A stretch of 64,000 nucleotides of DNA from a candidate division WOR-3 bacterium (GTDB lineage: Bacteria; Hydrothermota; Tepidihabitantia; Tepidihabitantales; Tepidihabitantaceae): contig CBFGJV010000002.1 in the NCBI GenBank assembly GCA_965649205.1, forward strand, positions 1-64,000. The letters are read 5' to 3'. Shown piece after piece: positions 19,669 through 28,109 of the stretch. Within the stretch, counting starts at the first letter, position 1. Each line of letters starts with the position of its first letter. A program made the translations under genes and the position numbers. The notes beneath the pieces were generated by a model. The model had not been told where the DNA came from. It saw only the letters and a list, made by a program, of their open reading frames with translations, and ran no database searches.

Positions 19669-20988
19669 ATGGGTAGAAAGCTAATCTTTTGTCTAGCTGT
19701 ACTGGGTTCGCTGGTGACAGGTCAAGAGGCTGGTACGGCTGTACCGGCGGGAACAGCAGCAGGGATGACTACTCTGGTGGGCGTAGAGAGTCCGATAATA
19801 TCAGAGACTTATATACTGATGCCGGGCGATCAGTTGCTAGTAACGGTAGTAGGCGGCGTAACTTATTCCTACGAGAGTATGGTAACCTACGAGGGAAAAG
19901 TTACTATAAATTTGCCTCTTCTGACTACCCAGCCCAAAGAAGTGGTACGTACTCCCACGCAGAGAAACGAGATTCCTACCCAAGTAGTGGATGCTATGCG
20001 AGTGAGTGGGCTCACCTTGCAACAGGCACAGGATACGCTTACGGTAGAAATGGGACGGTATTTCCGTAACGTACAGGTAAAACTGACACTTGTAGGATTA
20101 CGTTCTGGTATTGTGTTTGTTACCGGAGAAGTGCAGTATCCGGGTGCGTACAATGCTTCGCCAGTGGAGAGAGTATCACAGGTAGTAGCCAAAGCCGGGG
20201 GCTTGTCGCCGTTGGGGTCGAAGACCAAGGTAAATGTGATAAGAGGAGGACGTCTTAGTGCTTTAGCAGATATTGAACGGTTTGAGTCCAAGGGGGACCT
20301 TACCGCGAATCCTTTCGTGGAGTCAGGAGATGTAATTTATGTTCCTCCGGTGGAGGGACTGGTTACAGTAAAAGGTGCGGTATTCGGTCGGGGCCAGTAT
20401 AAGTTGCGAGCTTCTGCCTTGACTACAGAGAAGGAACGTATCAGCGAGGGTATCTACGAACTGGAGCAGGGAGATAGGGTTTTTGACCTGATACGTAAAG
20501 CGGGCGGTATCACTCCTTGGGCTGACCTTTCCGCCAGCTATGTGGAAAGAGTAGTTGTCGGTGGCGGGGGAGCACGCAAACAGATACCGGTGGACCTGCG
20601 CCGCATAATCTTTGAAGGGGATACTACGCAGAACATAGAGTTGATGAATTCCGACGTATTGGTGGTGCCGCCGATAAATACTCTGGTATATGTAGAAGGA
20701 GAAGTGACGACCCCGGGCGCTTTTCTGTTTACCCCCAATCAGCGGGCCCGAGACTACATTGGGCAGGCTGGCGGTCCAACCAATTATGCCAACCTGCGGG
20801 CAATCCACATAGTTCGCCGAGGGCAGAAAGTTTCTTTGCGCAACGACCCGGTCGTGGAACCAGGCGACAGAATAGTAGTGCCCCGCGTGGGTTTCCGTTT
20901 CTGGCAGGACTATGTGCAGATAGTTAGCGCCATCGGCATCCCGGTCGCTTCTATTGTCATATCCATGTGGGCGCTGACCCGGCAGTAG
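19669..20988 (+). CDS. SLBB-domain polysaccharide export (Wza/KpsD-like) protein
   Basis: YILMPGD (Poly_export); repeated V.GEV..PG / AGG / GD.I.VP SLBB units; C-terminal helix. Confidence 0.85.
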   Translation: MGRKLIFCLAVLGSLVTGQEAGTAVPAGTAAGMTTLVGVESPIISETYILMPGDQLLVTVVGGVTYSYESMVTYEGKVTINLPLLTTQPKEVVRTPTQRNEIPTQVVDAMRVSGLTLQQAQDTLTVEMGRYFRNVQVKLTLVGLRSGIVFVTGEVQYPGAYNASPVERVSQVVAKAGGLSPLGSKTKVNVIRGGRLSALADIERFESKGDLTANPFVESGDVIYVPPVEGLVTVKGAVFGRGQYKLRASALTTEKERISEGIYELEQGDRVFDLIRKAGGITPWADLSASYVERVVVGGGGARKQIPVDLRRIIFEGDTTQNIELMNSDVLVVPPINTLVYVEGEVTTPGAFLFTPNQRARDYIGQAGGPTNYANLRAIHIVRRGQKVSLRNDPVVEPGDRIVVPRVGFRFWQDYVQIVSAIGIPVASIVISMWALTRQ

Positions 20989-21104
20989 TTGCCGGCTACA
21001 TCCCGCTGGGGATTTAGAGAAGTTCTGCTGTTTTTGTGACAATTTACGGAGTGCTTAGGTGGAATCTCTTGACCGCGAGACTTTCTGCGGTCAATCTATA
21101 GTCC

Positions 21105-22001
21105 ATGAGTGTTGAGTGGGTGTACTTCCAAAGTACGGAAAATCCACGGCCAAGCTTTATGCCGAAGGAGCAAGTAAGAATTTCTCCGGATGACCGGGGG
21201 TTTGTTTTTGGCGACGGTGTATATGAGTTTATCCGCAGTTATGGCGGCAGGTTATTCGCCACCAGAGAGCATCTGTCACGACTGGAATACAGTCTTGCTC
21301 AAGTACGCATAGACTTAGTTGATTTGTCTTTTCTGGAGCGGGTGGCAGAGGAACTTTTGGAAAGGAACAGATTGCTTGCGCAGGATGCGGCCATCTACAT
21401 TCAGGTAACGCGAGGCGTGAGCGGGCGTAGCCACGCATTTCCTTCGCCCCCGGTTCTGCCCACGGTTTATGTGGCAGCCATGGCTCTGGAATCCCAAGAA
21501 GCAGATTGGACAGAAGGGGTGAGGGTTATCACCGTACCGGATATACGTTGGTATCGGTGCGACATCAAGTCCATAGGTCTGTTAGCGAACGTGCTGGCCC
21601 GGCAACAAGCCTTGGAAGCGGGGGCGGCCGAGGCCGTTTTTGTACGTAACGGCGTCATTACTGAGGGAACGCACACGAGTGTCTTTGGCGTGAAACAGGG
21701 AGTTGTGTGCACGCATCCCCGGGGTAATTTTGTGCTTCCCGGCATTACTCGACAGGTGGTTTTGAATTGTTGTCGCAAGTCTGGTATCCCAGCTAAGGAA
21801 AGTGCTTTAGCCGAATCTGACTTGCTTCAGCTTGAAGAGATGTTCTTGGCCTGCACCACAGGTGAAGTTATCCCCGTAGTGCGCGTGAACAATCGTTCAA
21901 TCGGACAAGGTAAACCCGGCCCGATTACTCGGAGGTTACAACAGGAATTTCGGTGCTGGGTGGCGGCCTGTCTTGAGCAGAAAGGGAAGCTGCGGTGCTA
22001 A
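21105..22001 (+). CDS. Class IV PLP aminotransferase, D-amino-acid transaminase-like
   Basis: DRGFVFGDGVYE, YIQVTRG, RCDIKS, TEGTHTS, LPGITR and GKPGP motifs. Confidence 0.88.
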   Translation: MSVEWVYFQSTENPRPSFMPKEQVRISPDDRGFVFGDGVYEFIRSYGGRLFATREHLSRLEYSLAQVRIDLVDLSFLERVAEELLERNRLLAQDAAIYIQVTRGVSGRSHAFPSPPVLPTVYVAAMALESQEADWTEGVRVITVPDIRWYRCDIKSIGLLANVLARQQALEAGAAEAVFVRNGVITEGTHTSVFGVKQGVVCTHPRGNFVLPGITRQVVLNCCRKSGIPAKESALAESDLLQLEEMFLACTTGEVIPVVRVNNRSIGQGKPGPITRRLQQEFRCWVAACLEQKGKLRC

Positions 22002-22104
22002 AGGGGTAATGATGGGTGGCCATATTTGCCCAGGGTGATTTATGCTGAAAAACGGTTCCAGTTACCCTTGACCTGTTTTGCATTGCCGGTAAGCTAGAAG
22101 TTGT

Positions 22105-23076
22105 ATGTTGGCGTGCTACCGGCGGTTTGTCTTGCTGGGCTCAATACTGGGGGTAGCTTGCAATTTGAATGCTCCACACGACAATCCACTGGATCCGTTT
22201 TGGAATGGTAGCATCGAGGGTCGGATACTTACTCGGCGAGCCACGGGTATCAGTTCGGCGTGGGTGACCGTACCTGCCGTCGGTCGTTCTGCTGTTACCG
22301 ATTCACTGGGCTGGTTTTTCCTGCTGGGCCTTCCAGCAGATACAGTAAAAGTGTTTGTTTTTTGCCCGGGTTATGCACCAGACTCGGCACAGCTGCAATT
22401 GGTACGTGGTCAAGTTGATACCCTGTTTTTTTATCTGAATGGCCTTCCCTATTTTCAGAGTTGTTCACTGACTACGCACGTGTATGGCCGCTCCTGGCCA
22501 CCTGACCCAGTGTGTTTTCTGAACGTTTCGGCCAGAGTATCTGACTGGGATGGTTCCCCTGATATTGATTCAGTGTGGTGCGAGATTCCGGCAGTAGGTT
22601 TTGCGGGTAAGCTGGACTACAATCCGGGACGCAAGATTTTCCTCCTTACCTTGGGAGCTGACTCGTTGCCCGGGCAAAATCTTGACACGCTGGTGGGGCA
22701 GAAGATTCTGTTCCGGGCAGTGGACAGAGAGGGGGCTGTGGTTACAGAGGAACTGCCTGGTATCACCCGTCTTATGCGGGAGCTGCCGGTGCCGTTGTTT
22801 CCTAGTGGTGTTGACACAGTGTATTCGGATACAAATTTCGTCTGGCAGCGGTATGGCGCATCATTTCATGTCCGTTACCGGGGAGAAGTGGTACGGATAG
22901 AAGGAGGCGGGCCGGCGGGAGTGGTTGCCACCTTTGAAACATATCGGCCGGAGGATACCGTCCAACGGTTTGATTACAGTCTGTTGCGACCGGGGGACTA
23001 CTACTGGACCCTGGAGGTCATTGATAGATTTGGGAACTCCAGCCGTTCCGCGGAGGAGCTTTTTCGTGTCCGATAG
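22105..23076 (+). CDS. Lipoprotein with carboxypeptidase-regulatory-like Ig domain
   Basis: Lipobox GVAC, then APHDNPLDP and GSIEGRI; C-terminal Ig-like LRPGDYYW. Confidence 0.7.
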   Translation: MLACYRRFVLLGSILGVACNLNAPHDNPLDPFWNGSIEGRILTRRATGISSAWVTVPAVGRSAVTDSLGWFFLLGLPADTVKVFVFCPGYAPDSAQLQLVRGQVDTLFFYLNGLPYFQSCSLTTHVYGRSWPPDPVCFLNVSARVSDWDGSPDIDSVWCEIPAVGFAGKLDYNPGRKIFLLTLGADSLPGQNLDTLVGQKILFRAVDREGAVVTEELPGITRLMRELPVPLFPSGVDTVYSDTNFVWQRYGASFHVRYRGEVVRIEGGGPAGVVATFETYRPEDTVQRFDYSLLRPGDYYWTLEVIDRFGNSSRSAEELFRVR

Positions 23077-24562
23077 AGCAAAGCTGACTGCTGAAGCCAG
23101 TTTGTATCGTATCAGTCAACTTTTCAATTCTATTCTTGATCCTGATCTTCTGTTTGAGCGGGTGATGGACGAAGCGCTGGTGCAGATGAATGCGGAGAGA
23201 GGGTTTATCGTCTTAGGCGATAATCCTGATCAGCTGGAAATGAAGGTGGCCAGACAATTCCAGCACAGTTTAAAAACGGGATTGAGCGAGATTTCGCAAA
23301 CTGCTCTGCGGCAGGTGCTTACCGAGCGTAAGGCGAGGGTATGGCTGGATGCGCCCAGAGAATTGGCTGCGGCACAGTCGGTTATTATCGGACAGGTGCG
23401 TTCCATTGCCTGCGCCCCTCTTATTTGTCGGGGAAGATTGTTGGGAGCCATATATGTGGATTCGCGTACAGACCGGAACGTGTTCCGCGAGGATGTCTTG
23501 GATTTTCTAACAGCCTTTGCCGGTATTGCCGCGTTGGCCTTGGAAAACGCCCGTCTGGTGCAGCAGCTGGAAGCAGAAAAGAGCGATTTGGCAGTACAGC
23601 TGGGTCAGGACCGGTTTCCGGACATAATTGGGCGCAGCCCGGCCATGCAACAGGTTTTCAATTTGATGAGCCGGGTGATACCCGCTTCTTCACCAGTTCT
23701 TATTCAGGGTGAAACCGGCACAGGCAAGGAGCTGGTAGCACGAGCGATTCATTACAATGGGCCGCGCCGGGAGGGGCCGTTTGTGCCGGTGAACTGTGGA
23801 GCAATTCCGGAGGCCTTGTTGGAGTCCGAGCTGTTTGGTCATACAAGGGGGGCGTTTACCGGCGCGGTTGCAGACAAGAAGGGACTGTTCGTTTCCGCTG
23901 ATGGGGGTACGATTTTCCTAGACGAGGTGAGCGAGTTGCCACTTTCGCTTCAACCCAAGCTGCTGCGTGTGTTGCAGAATGGTGAGGTGCGACGGGTAGG
24001 CGATACCAAACCGATGCGTGTGGATGTGCGTGTAATCAGCGCTACTAATCGTAATCTGGATCAACTGGTAAAAGAAGGGAAGTTTCGGGAAGACCTGTAC
24101 TATCGGCTGAATGTTATTCCTATTGAGTTACCGCCGCTGCGCGAGCGAAAGGAAGATATACCGTTACTGGCGGCTCATTTTTTGCGACTGAGTGCAGCAC
24201 GCATTGGCAAACGTATAACTGGTATCAGCGAGCTGGCCCTAGAGAAGCTGAGCCGGTACTCCTGGCCCGGAAACATAAGGCAGTTGGAAAATTTTATTGA
24301 GCGCGCGGTAGTTCTCTGTTCGGGCGACAAACTCTCCGCAGAGGATATTTCTCTGCCTGCCGAAAAGGAAACTCCCGGACAAATGCAGAATGTCCGTACG
24401 GGTACGGTGGCAGAGATAGAGAAACAGGTGGTATTGGAAAGACTGGCGAGATTTGGCGGCAACAGAACCAAAACGGCGGCCAGCCTGGGTATTTCCCGTC
24501 GCACGCTGCTGAACAAACTGGCAGAATGGAAGAAAGAAGAGGAAGAGAAAAAGCAGGGATGA
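23066..24562 (+). CDS. GAF-domain sigma54-dependent enhancer-binding protein (Fis HTH)
   Basis: GGAGG RBS then GTG 23066; GAF domain; GETGTGKE, ESELFGH, GAFTGA, FLDEV, FREDLYYRLNV and WPGNIRQL; C-terminal HTH. Confidence 0.93.
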   Translation: MSDRAKLTAEASLYRISQLFNSILDPDLLFERVMDEALVQMNAERGFIVLGDNPDQLEMKVARQFQHSLKTGLSEISQTALRQVLTERKARVWLDAPRELAAAQSVIIGQVRSIACAPLICRGRLLGAIYVDSRTDRNVFREDVLDFLTAFAGIAALALENARLVQQLEAEKSDLAVQLGQDRFPDIIGRSPAMQQVFNLMSRVIPASSPVLIQGETGTGKELVARAIHYNGPRREGPFVPVNCGAIPEALLESELFGHTRGAFTGAVADKKGLFVSADGGTIFLDEVSELPLSLQPKLLRVLQNGEVRRVGDTKPMRVDVRVISATNRNLDQLVKEGKFREDLYYRLNVIPIELPPLRERKEDIPLLAAHFLRLSAARIGKRITGISELALEKLSRYSWPGNIRQLENFIERAVVLCSGDKLSAEDISLPAEKETPGQMQNVRTGTVAEIEKQVVLERLARFGGNRTKTAASLGISRRTLLNKLAEWKKEEEEKKQG

Positions 24563-26046
24563 CGAAACGGGAAGAACGTTACGAGATTATTGCCACACTG
24601 CAGGAGGGTCAATTTGCGACCAGTTACAAGGCGAAAGACCGGTTATTGGCCCGGTTAGTGCTTCTTAAGGTGCTACATCTTCGTACTCTGGCCGATCAGG
24701 AACTAGTGCAACGTTTTAGGCGCGAAGCACTGCTGCAGGCAAGATTGAAACACCCCAACATCGTCACCATTTATGACTTCGGGGAAGAAGACGATTTTTA
24801 CATCGCCTCTGAATTCATAGACGGGGAGGCACTGGACAAGATTCTGGTGCGCAGAAAGCAGCTGAGCCTTGCCGAGCTTTCGCCTTTGATTGTGGACATA
24901 TGCCGGGCGTTGGACTATGCTCATGCACAGGGAGTGGTGCACCGCGATTTGAAACCGGCAAATGTCATAGTTACTACCTCGGGTGAGGGAAAACTGGCTG
25001 ACTTTGGACTGGCTTTTTGTCGGGATTTAGGTCAGCTTACCCAGGAGGGATGTGTCATTGGTACGCCGGCCTATATGTCGCCGGAACAGTCGCGCGGAAA
25101 AAGAACAGACGAACGTACTGACATTTTTTCACTAGGAGTGATAATCTACGAGGCATTATCAGGCCAGAATCCGTTTGCGGCCGATAGTGTGGCTGAAAGT
25201 CTGACTCTGGTTTTGACCAAAGAGCCGCTGCCCCTGGTTGAGCTTGTACCGGAAGTACCTCCTGCGGTATCTGACCTGGTGATGCGGATGCTCTCCAAGG
25301 ACCCCGGAAAGCGACCTAAATCAGCCAAGGAGGTGGGGGAAGTGTTTCAGGCTCTGGCAGAGGGCAAGGTCGCACATGTTGTTTCTGCATTGGCCAGGCA
25401 GGTTCTTTCTTTTGCTCTAGTTCTGTTGCTGATAGCGGCTGCTGCAGCGGCTTTGTTACCGCTCAGGCCACGGCGAGGCTCGCTACAGGTCTTGGCACTG
25501 GCAGCAGAGTCTGTGTTTTTAGCGTCTGTTTCTGAAACTGCCGCAGTAGTGCTTCCTGCTGATACAGACAAGGCGCATAGTCTCGCACCATTCCAGACCC
25601 AAGAGGGTGCTGTGTCGCTCCGTCGCCGTTTTTGCTTGACGCGTATTGTCGTTTCGCCTTGGGCCGAAGTGAAGATTGACGGCCAATCGTTTGGCGTTAC
25701 TCCTTTTACCGAACCATTGATGTTACCCCTCGGGGAGCACGTCTTAGAGCTTAACAATCCTTATTATCCGACTTTGACTAGAACTGTAACTTTGACGGAA
25801 TCTGTGTGTAGTATTGTTATAGACCTTGCGCGTGAGTTTGCTCTGCTGGATATACGAGTTATACCCTGGGCTGTAGTTTTCGTAGATGGAGTTTTGATAG
25901 ATACCACTCCCCTCGACCGTCCTATACCTGTCAGGTTAGGTAGACATACCATAGCGTTACATCATCCTGAGCTAGGCCGTGTAGATAAGGAGATAACTGC
26001 AGATACGGCTGGAAGGTACAAGTTAGTATATGACCTTACTAGATGA
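24559..26046 (+). CDS. Membrane Ser/Thr (Hanks-type) protein kinase with C-terminal PEGA-like domains
   Basis: HPNIV, HRDLKPAN, ADFG, GTPAYMSPE, DIFSLG; one TM helix; two PWA.V.(I/V)DG...TP repeats; ATGA overlap with upstream stop. Confidence 0.9.
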   Translation: MTKREERYEIIATLQEGQFATSYKAKDRLLARLVLLKVLHLRTLADQELVQRFRREALLQARLKHPNIVTIYDFGEEDDFYIASEFIDGEALDKILVRRKQLSLAELSPLIVDICRALDYAHAQGVVHRDLKPANVIVTTSGEGKLADFGLAFCRDLGQLTQEGCVIGTPAYMSPEQSRGKRTDERTDIFSLGVIIYEALSGQNPFAADSVAESLTLVLTKEPLPLVELVPEVPPAVSDLVMRMLSKDPGKRPKSAKEVGEVFQALAEGKVAHVVSALARQVLSFALVLLLIAAAAAALLPLRPRRGSLQVLALAAESVFLASVSETAAVVLPADTDKAHSLAPFQTQEGAVSLRRRFCLTRIVVSPWAEVKIDGQSFGVTPFTEPLMLPLGEHVLELNNPYYPTLTRTVTLTESVCSIVIDLAREFALLDIRVIPWAVVFVDGVLIDTTPLDRPIPVRLGRHTIALHHPELGRVDKEITADTAGRYKLVYDLTR

Positions 26047-26098
26047 TTTACTCTTCATGCATGTCGTTTCTCGGGTTTTGTCCTTTGCGGGCAATTAT

Positions 26099-26114
26099 TG
26101 GCATACTTCTTGCT
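26099..26114 (+). promoter_or_regulatory. sigma54 (-24/-12) promoter motif
   Basis: TGGCATACTTCTTGCT: GG-N10-GC matching TGGCA...TTGC, just upstream of ATG 26132. Confidence 0.65.
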
Positions 26115-26131
26115 TATAAGAAAGAGAAGTT

Positions 26132-27280
26132 ATGGTTCTAATTTTGACCTTTTGTCTATTGCAGGGGTGGAGAACCGGCGCGTCTATGCCTCATCCCGGA
26201 TATGGGTTTGCTTGTGCAGAGTTGGATGGTAGGGTGTACTGCATAGGCGGATTGACTGAGGCAGGGATGGATTCTACCACGGCACGCAAGGTAAATGAGG
26301 CCTATGACGTGCAGTCTGACACTTGGATTACCGGACTTGCCCCAATGCCTTATCCTTGCTGGTTTGCCGGGTGTGCAGTTCTGGATGGAAAGATTTATGT
26401 TATTGGCGGCTTCGATGGTAAGCGGGAGTTACGACGCGTAATGCGTTATGATCCCCGCCGTAATAATTGGGATACGGTTGCCTCTCTGCCTCTGCCGTTG
26501 CAGGCCCTTTCTGCTGTAGCCTACAATGGAGGAATTCACGCTGTAGGCGGATACTCCACTTCGGGGGGAAGACCCTTCTATTCGCGCCGGGCTTTCCGAT
26601 TTGTACCGGACAGCGGGCCAGGGCGTTGGATGGAAACAGACTCAATGCACACGCCGCGTGCTAGTTTTGCTGCCACAGTGCTGACCGAAAGATTGTTTGT
26701 CACAGGCGGCAGGTATTTCAGCAATACCCACTCGGTGGAATACTATGTTCCCAACCGGTGGGATAATTGGCCCCAGCCTTTGCCCGAGCCGCGCAATGGC
26801 CATGCGTCTGTTGCAGAAGGAGACTATCTGGCTGTTATTGGAGGAACGACTAACCAAGGAATGACCAGTTCGGTGCTGATTTTGAATTCCTCAACCGGAT
26901 TCTGGACCAGAGGTCAACCTCTTCTTTTCCCTTGTACATACACAGGAGCAGCAGTAGTAGGCAGTCGGGTTGTAACTATCGGCGGGCGCAGCGCACGCGG
27001 AGTGCTTGCTGCAGTACAGATAGCCGATTCTCTTCTTATACCTGGCGGGATTTCCGAACGGCGGGAAAACAGCGAGTTGCGCTGGGACAGATTTCCCAGC
27101 GTTGTCAGTTCGTCTTCGCTGCTGGAGCTTCCCGGGCCGGCATCCATTCTCAATCTGACTGGTCGGGCAGTGTCGAGGGTAGAAGGGCCAACTCGCCTTG
27201 CTCTTGCTCCGGGGGTGTATTTTGTCCGCTGCGATGATTCTCCGGAGTTTACTATGCGTAAACTTATAGTACTAAGATAG
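26132..27280 (+). CDS. Kelch-repeat protein with T9SS-like C-terminal tail
   Basis: About 6 Kelch blades (IGG...YD...W); C-terminal PGVYFVR...RKLIVLR. Confidence 0.85.
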   Translation: MVLILTFCLLQGWRTGASMPHPGYGFACAELDGRVYCIGGLTEAGMDSTTARKVNEAYDVQSDTWITGLAPMPYPCWFAGCAVLDGKIYVIGGFDGKRELRRVMRYDPRRNNWDTVASLPLPLQALSAVAYNGGIHAVGGYSTSGGRPFYSRRAFRFVPDSGPGRWMETDSMHTPRASFAATVLTERLFVTGGRYFSNTHSVEYYVPNRWDNWPQPLPEPRNGHASVAEGDYLAVIGGTTNQGMTSSVLILNSSTGFWTRGQPLLFPCTYTGAAVVGSRVVTIGGRSARGVLAAVQIADSLLIPGGISERRENSELRWDRFPSVVSSSSLLELPGPASILNLTGRAVSRVEGPTRLALAPGVYFVRCDDSPEFTMRKLIVLR

Positions 27281-27302
27281 AGAGCGTGGAGCGGGGTTCA
27301 GG

Positions 27303-27944
27303 TTGTTGATTCTGTTCTTTGTTCTGGCTGCGCAAGTCTCGTTGGAAGAGCTGTATCAAAGCGGTAACTACGAGAAATTGGTGGAAGTAGCTCCACAGGT
27401 GCTTGCCGAACCTAGTACCACTCGGGCTGATTCGATACGACTGCAAGCTTACCTTGGTTCAGCACTTGTGGCGCTAGGCAGAAGACAGGAAGCAATAAAA
27501 GTGTTTCAGAATCTGCTTGCCAAAGAACCAGGCTTCGCCCTAAATCCGGAAAGGTTTTCTCCTAAGGTCAGGCAGGTATTTGATGAGGCGAAGGAAGAAT
27601 TTCGGTCTGCATCTATTACAACAATCATAAGGGCTGATACGGTATTACTTCGGCCCAAGCCAAACCTTGCACTAGCTATTCCCGGTTTGGTGCAAATACA
27701 GCGCCAGAAATCTGTGCGAGGGGGTACTATGCTGGGGCTGGGTGTTCTCAGTATTGCTGGACTGGTTTTCAGCCATTTTGCCTACAACGGCGCGCATGAA
27801 GCTTACCTTGCCGCGGACAATCCAGCCGAAATAGTGAATGCATACCGTACTGCGGACAAGTGGTACAGAATCAGGCTGATTTTTGGCATATCCGCAGGTG
27901 TTGTCTGGTTCTATAGTTTTGTGGATGGCGTATTCACTCCGTAA
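27303..27944 (+). CDS. TPR-containing membrane-anchored protein
   Basis: TPR-like helices (YLGSALVALG...AIKVF, FSPKV); C-terminal PG.Q and two TM segments. Confidence 0.7.
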   Translation: MLILFFVLAAQVSLEELYQSGNYEKLVEVAPQVLAEPSTTRADSIRLQAYLGSALVALGRRQEAIKVFQNLLAKEPGFALNPERFSPKVRQVFDEAKEEFRSASITTIIRADTVLLRPKPNLALAIPGLVQIQRQKSVRGGTMLGLGVLSIAGLVFSHFAYNGAHEAYLAADNPAEIVNAYRTADKWYRIRLIFGISAGVVWFYSFVDGVFTP

Positions 27945-27959
27945 CAAAATTGCTCACGC

Positions 27960-27976
27960 TGTGCAAGAAGTGCACA
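27960..27976. promoter_or_regulatory. Putative upstream activator (enhancer) site
   Basis: Perfect dyad TGTGCA-N5-TGCACA, about 85 bp upstream of the predicted sigma54 start site. Confidence 0.5.
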
Positions 27977-28027
27977 GTTTGATTGTCCCATAATTTACGT
28001 CCTGTAGTATACTCGGGCCTATTTATC

Positions 28028-28043
28028 TGGCATAAGAAATGCA
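28028..28043 (+). promoter_or_regulatory. sigma54 (-24/-12) promoter motif
   Basis: TGGCATAAGAAATGCA: GG-N10-GC. Confidence 0.65.
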
Positions 28044-28109
28044 TATTGTTAGCTATGATGGTTCGCCTATACTCTTCGGCATCATAATGCTAACCGTAAG
28101 GAGGTTACT

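Noticed and set aside
22014..22032. TGGC...TTGC upstream of the 22105 lipoprotein as a sigma54 promoter
   Set aside because: GG-to-GC spacing is 8, not the required 10, and a sigma70-type promoter is present at 22068-22095
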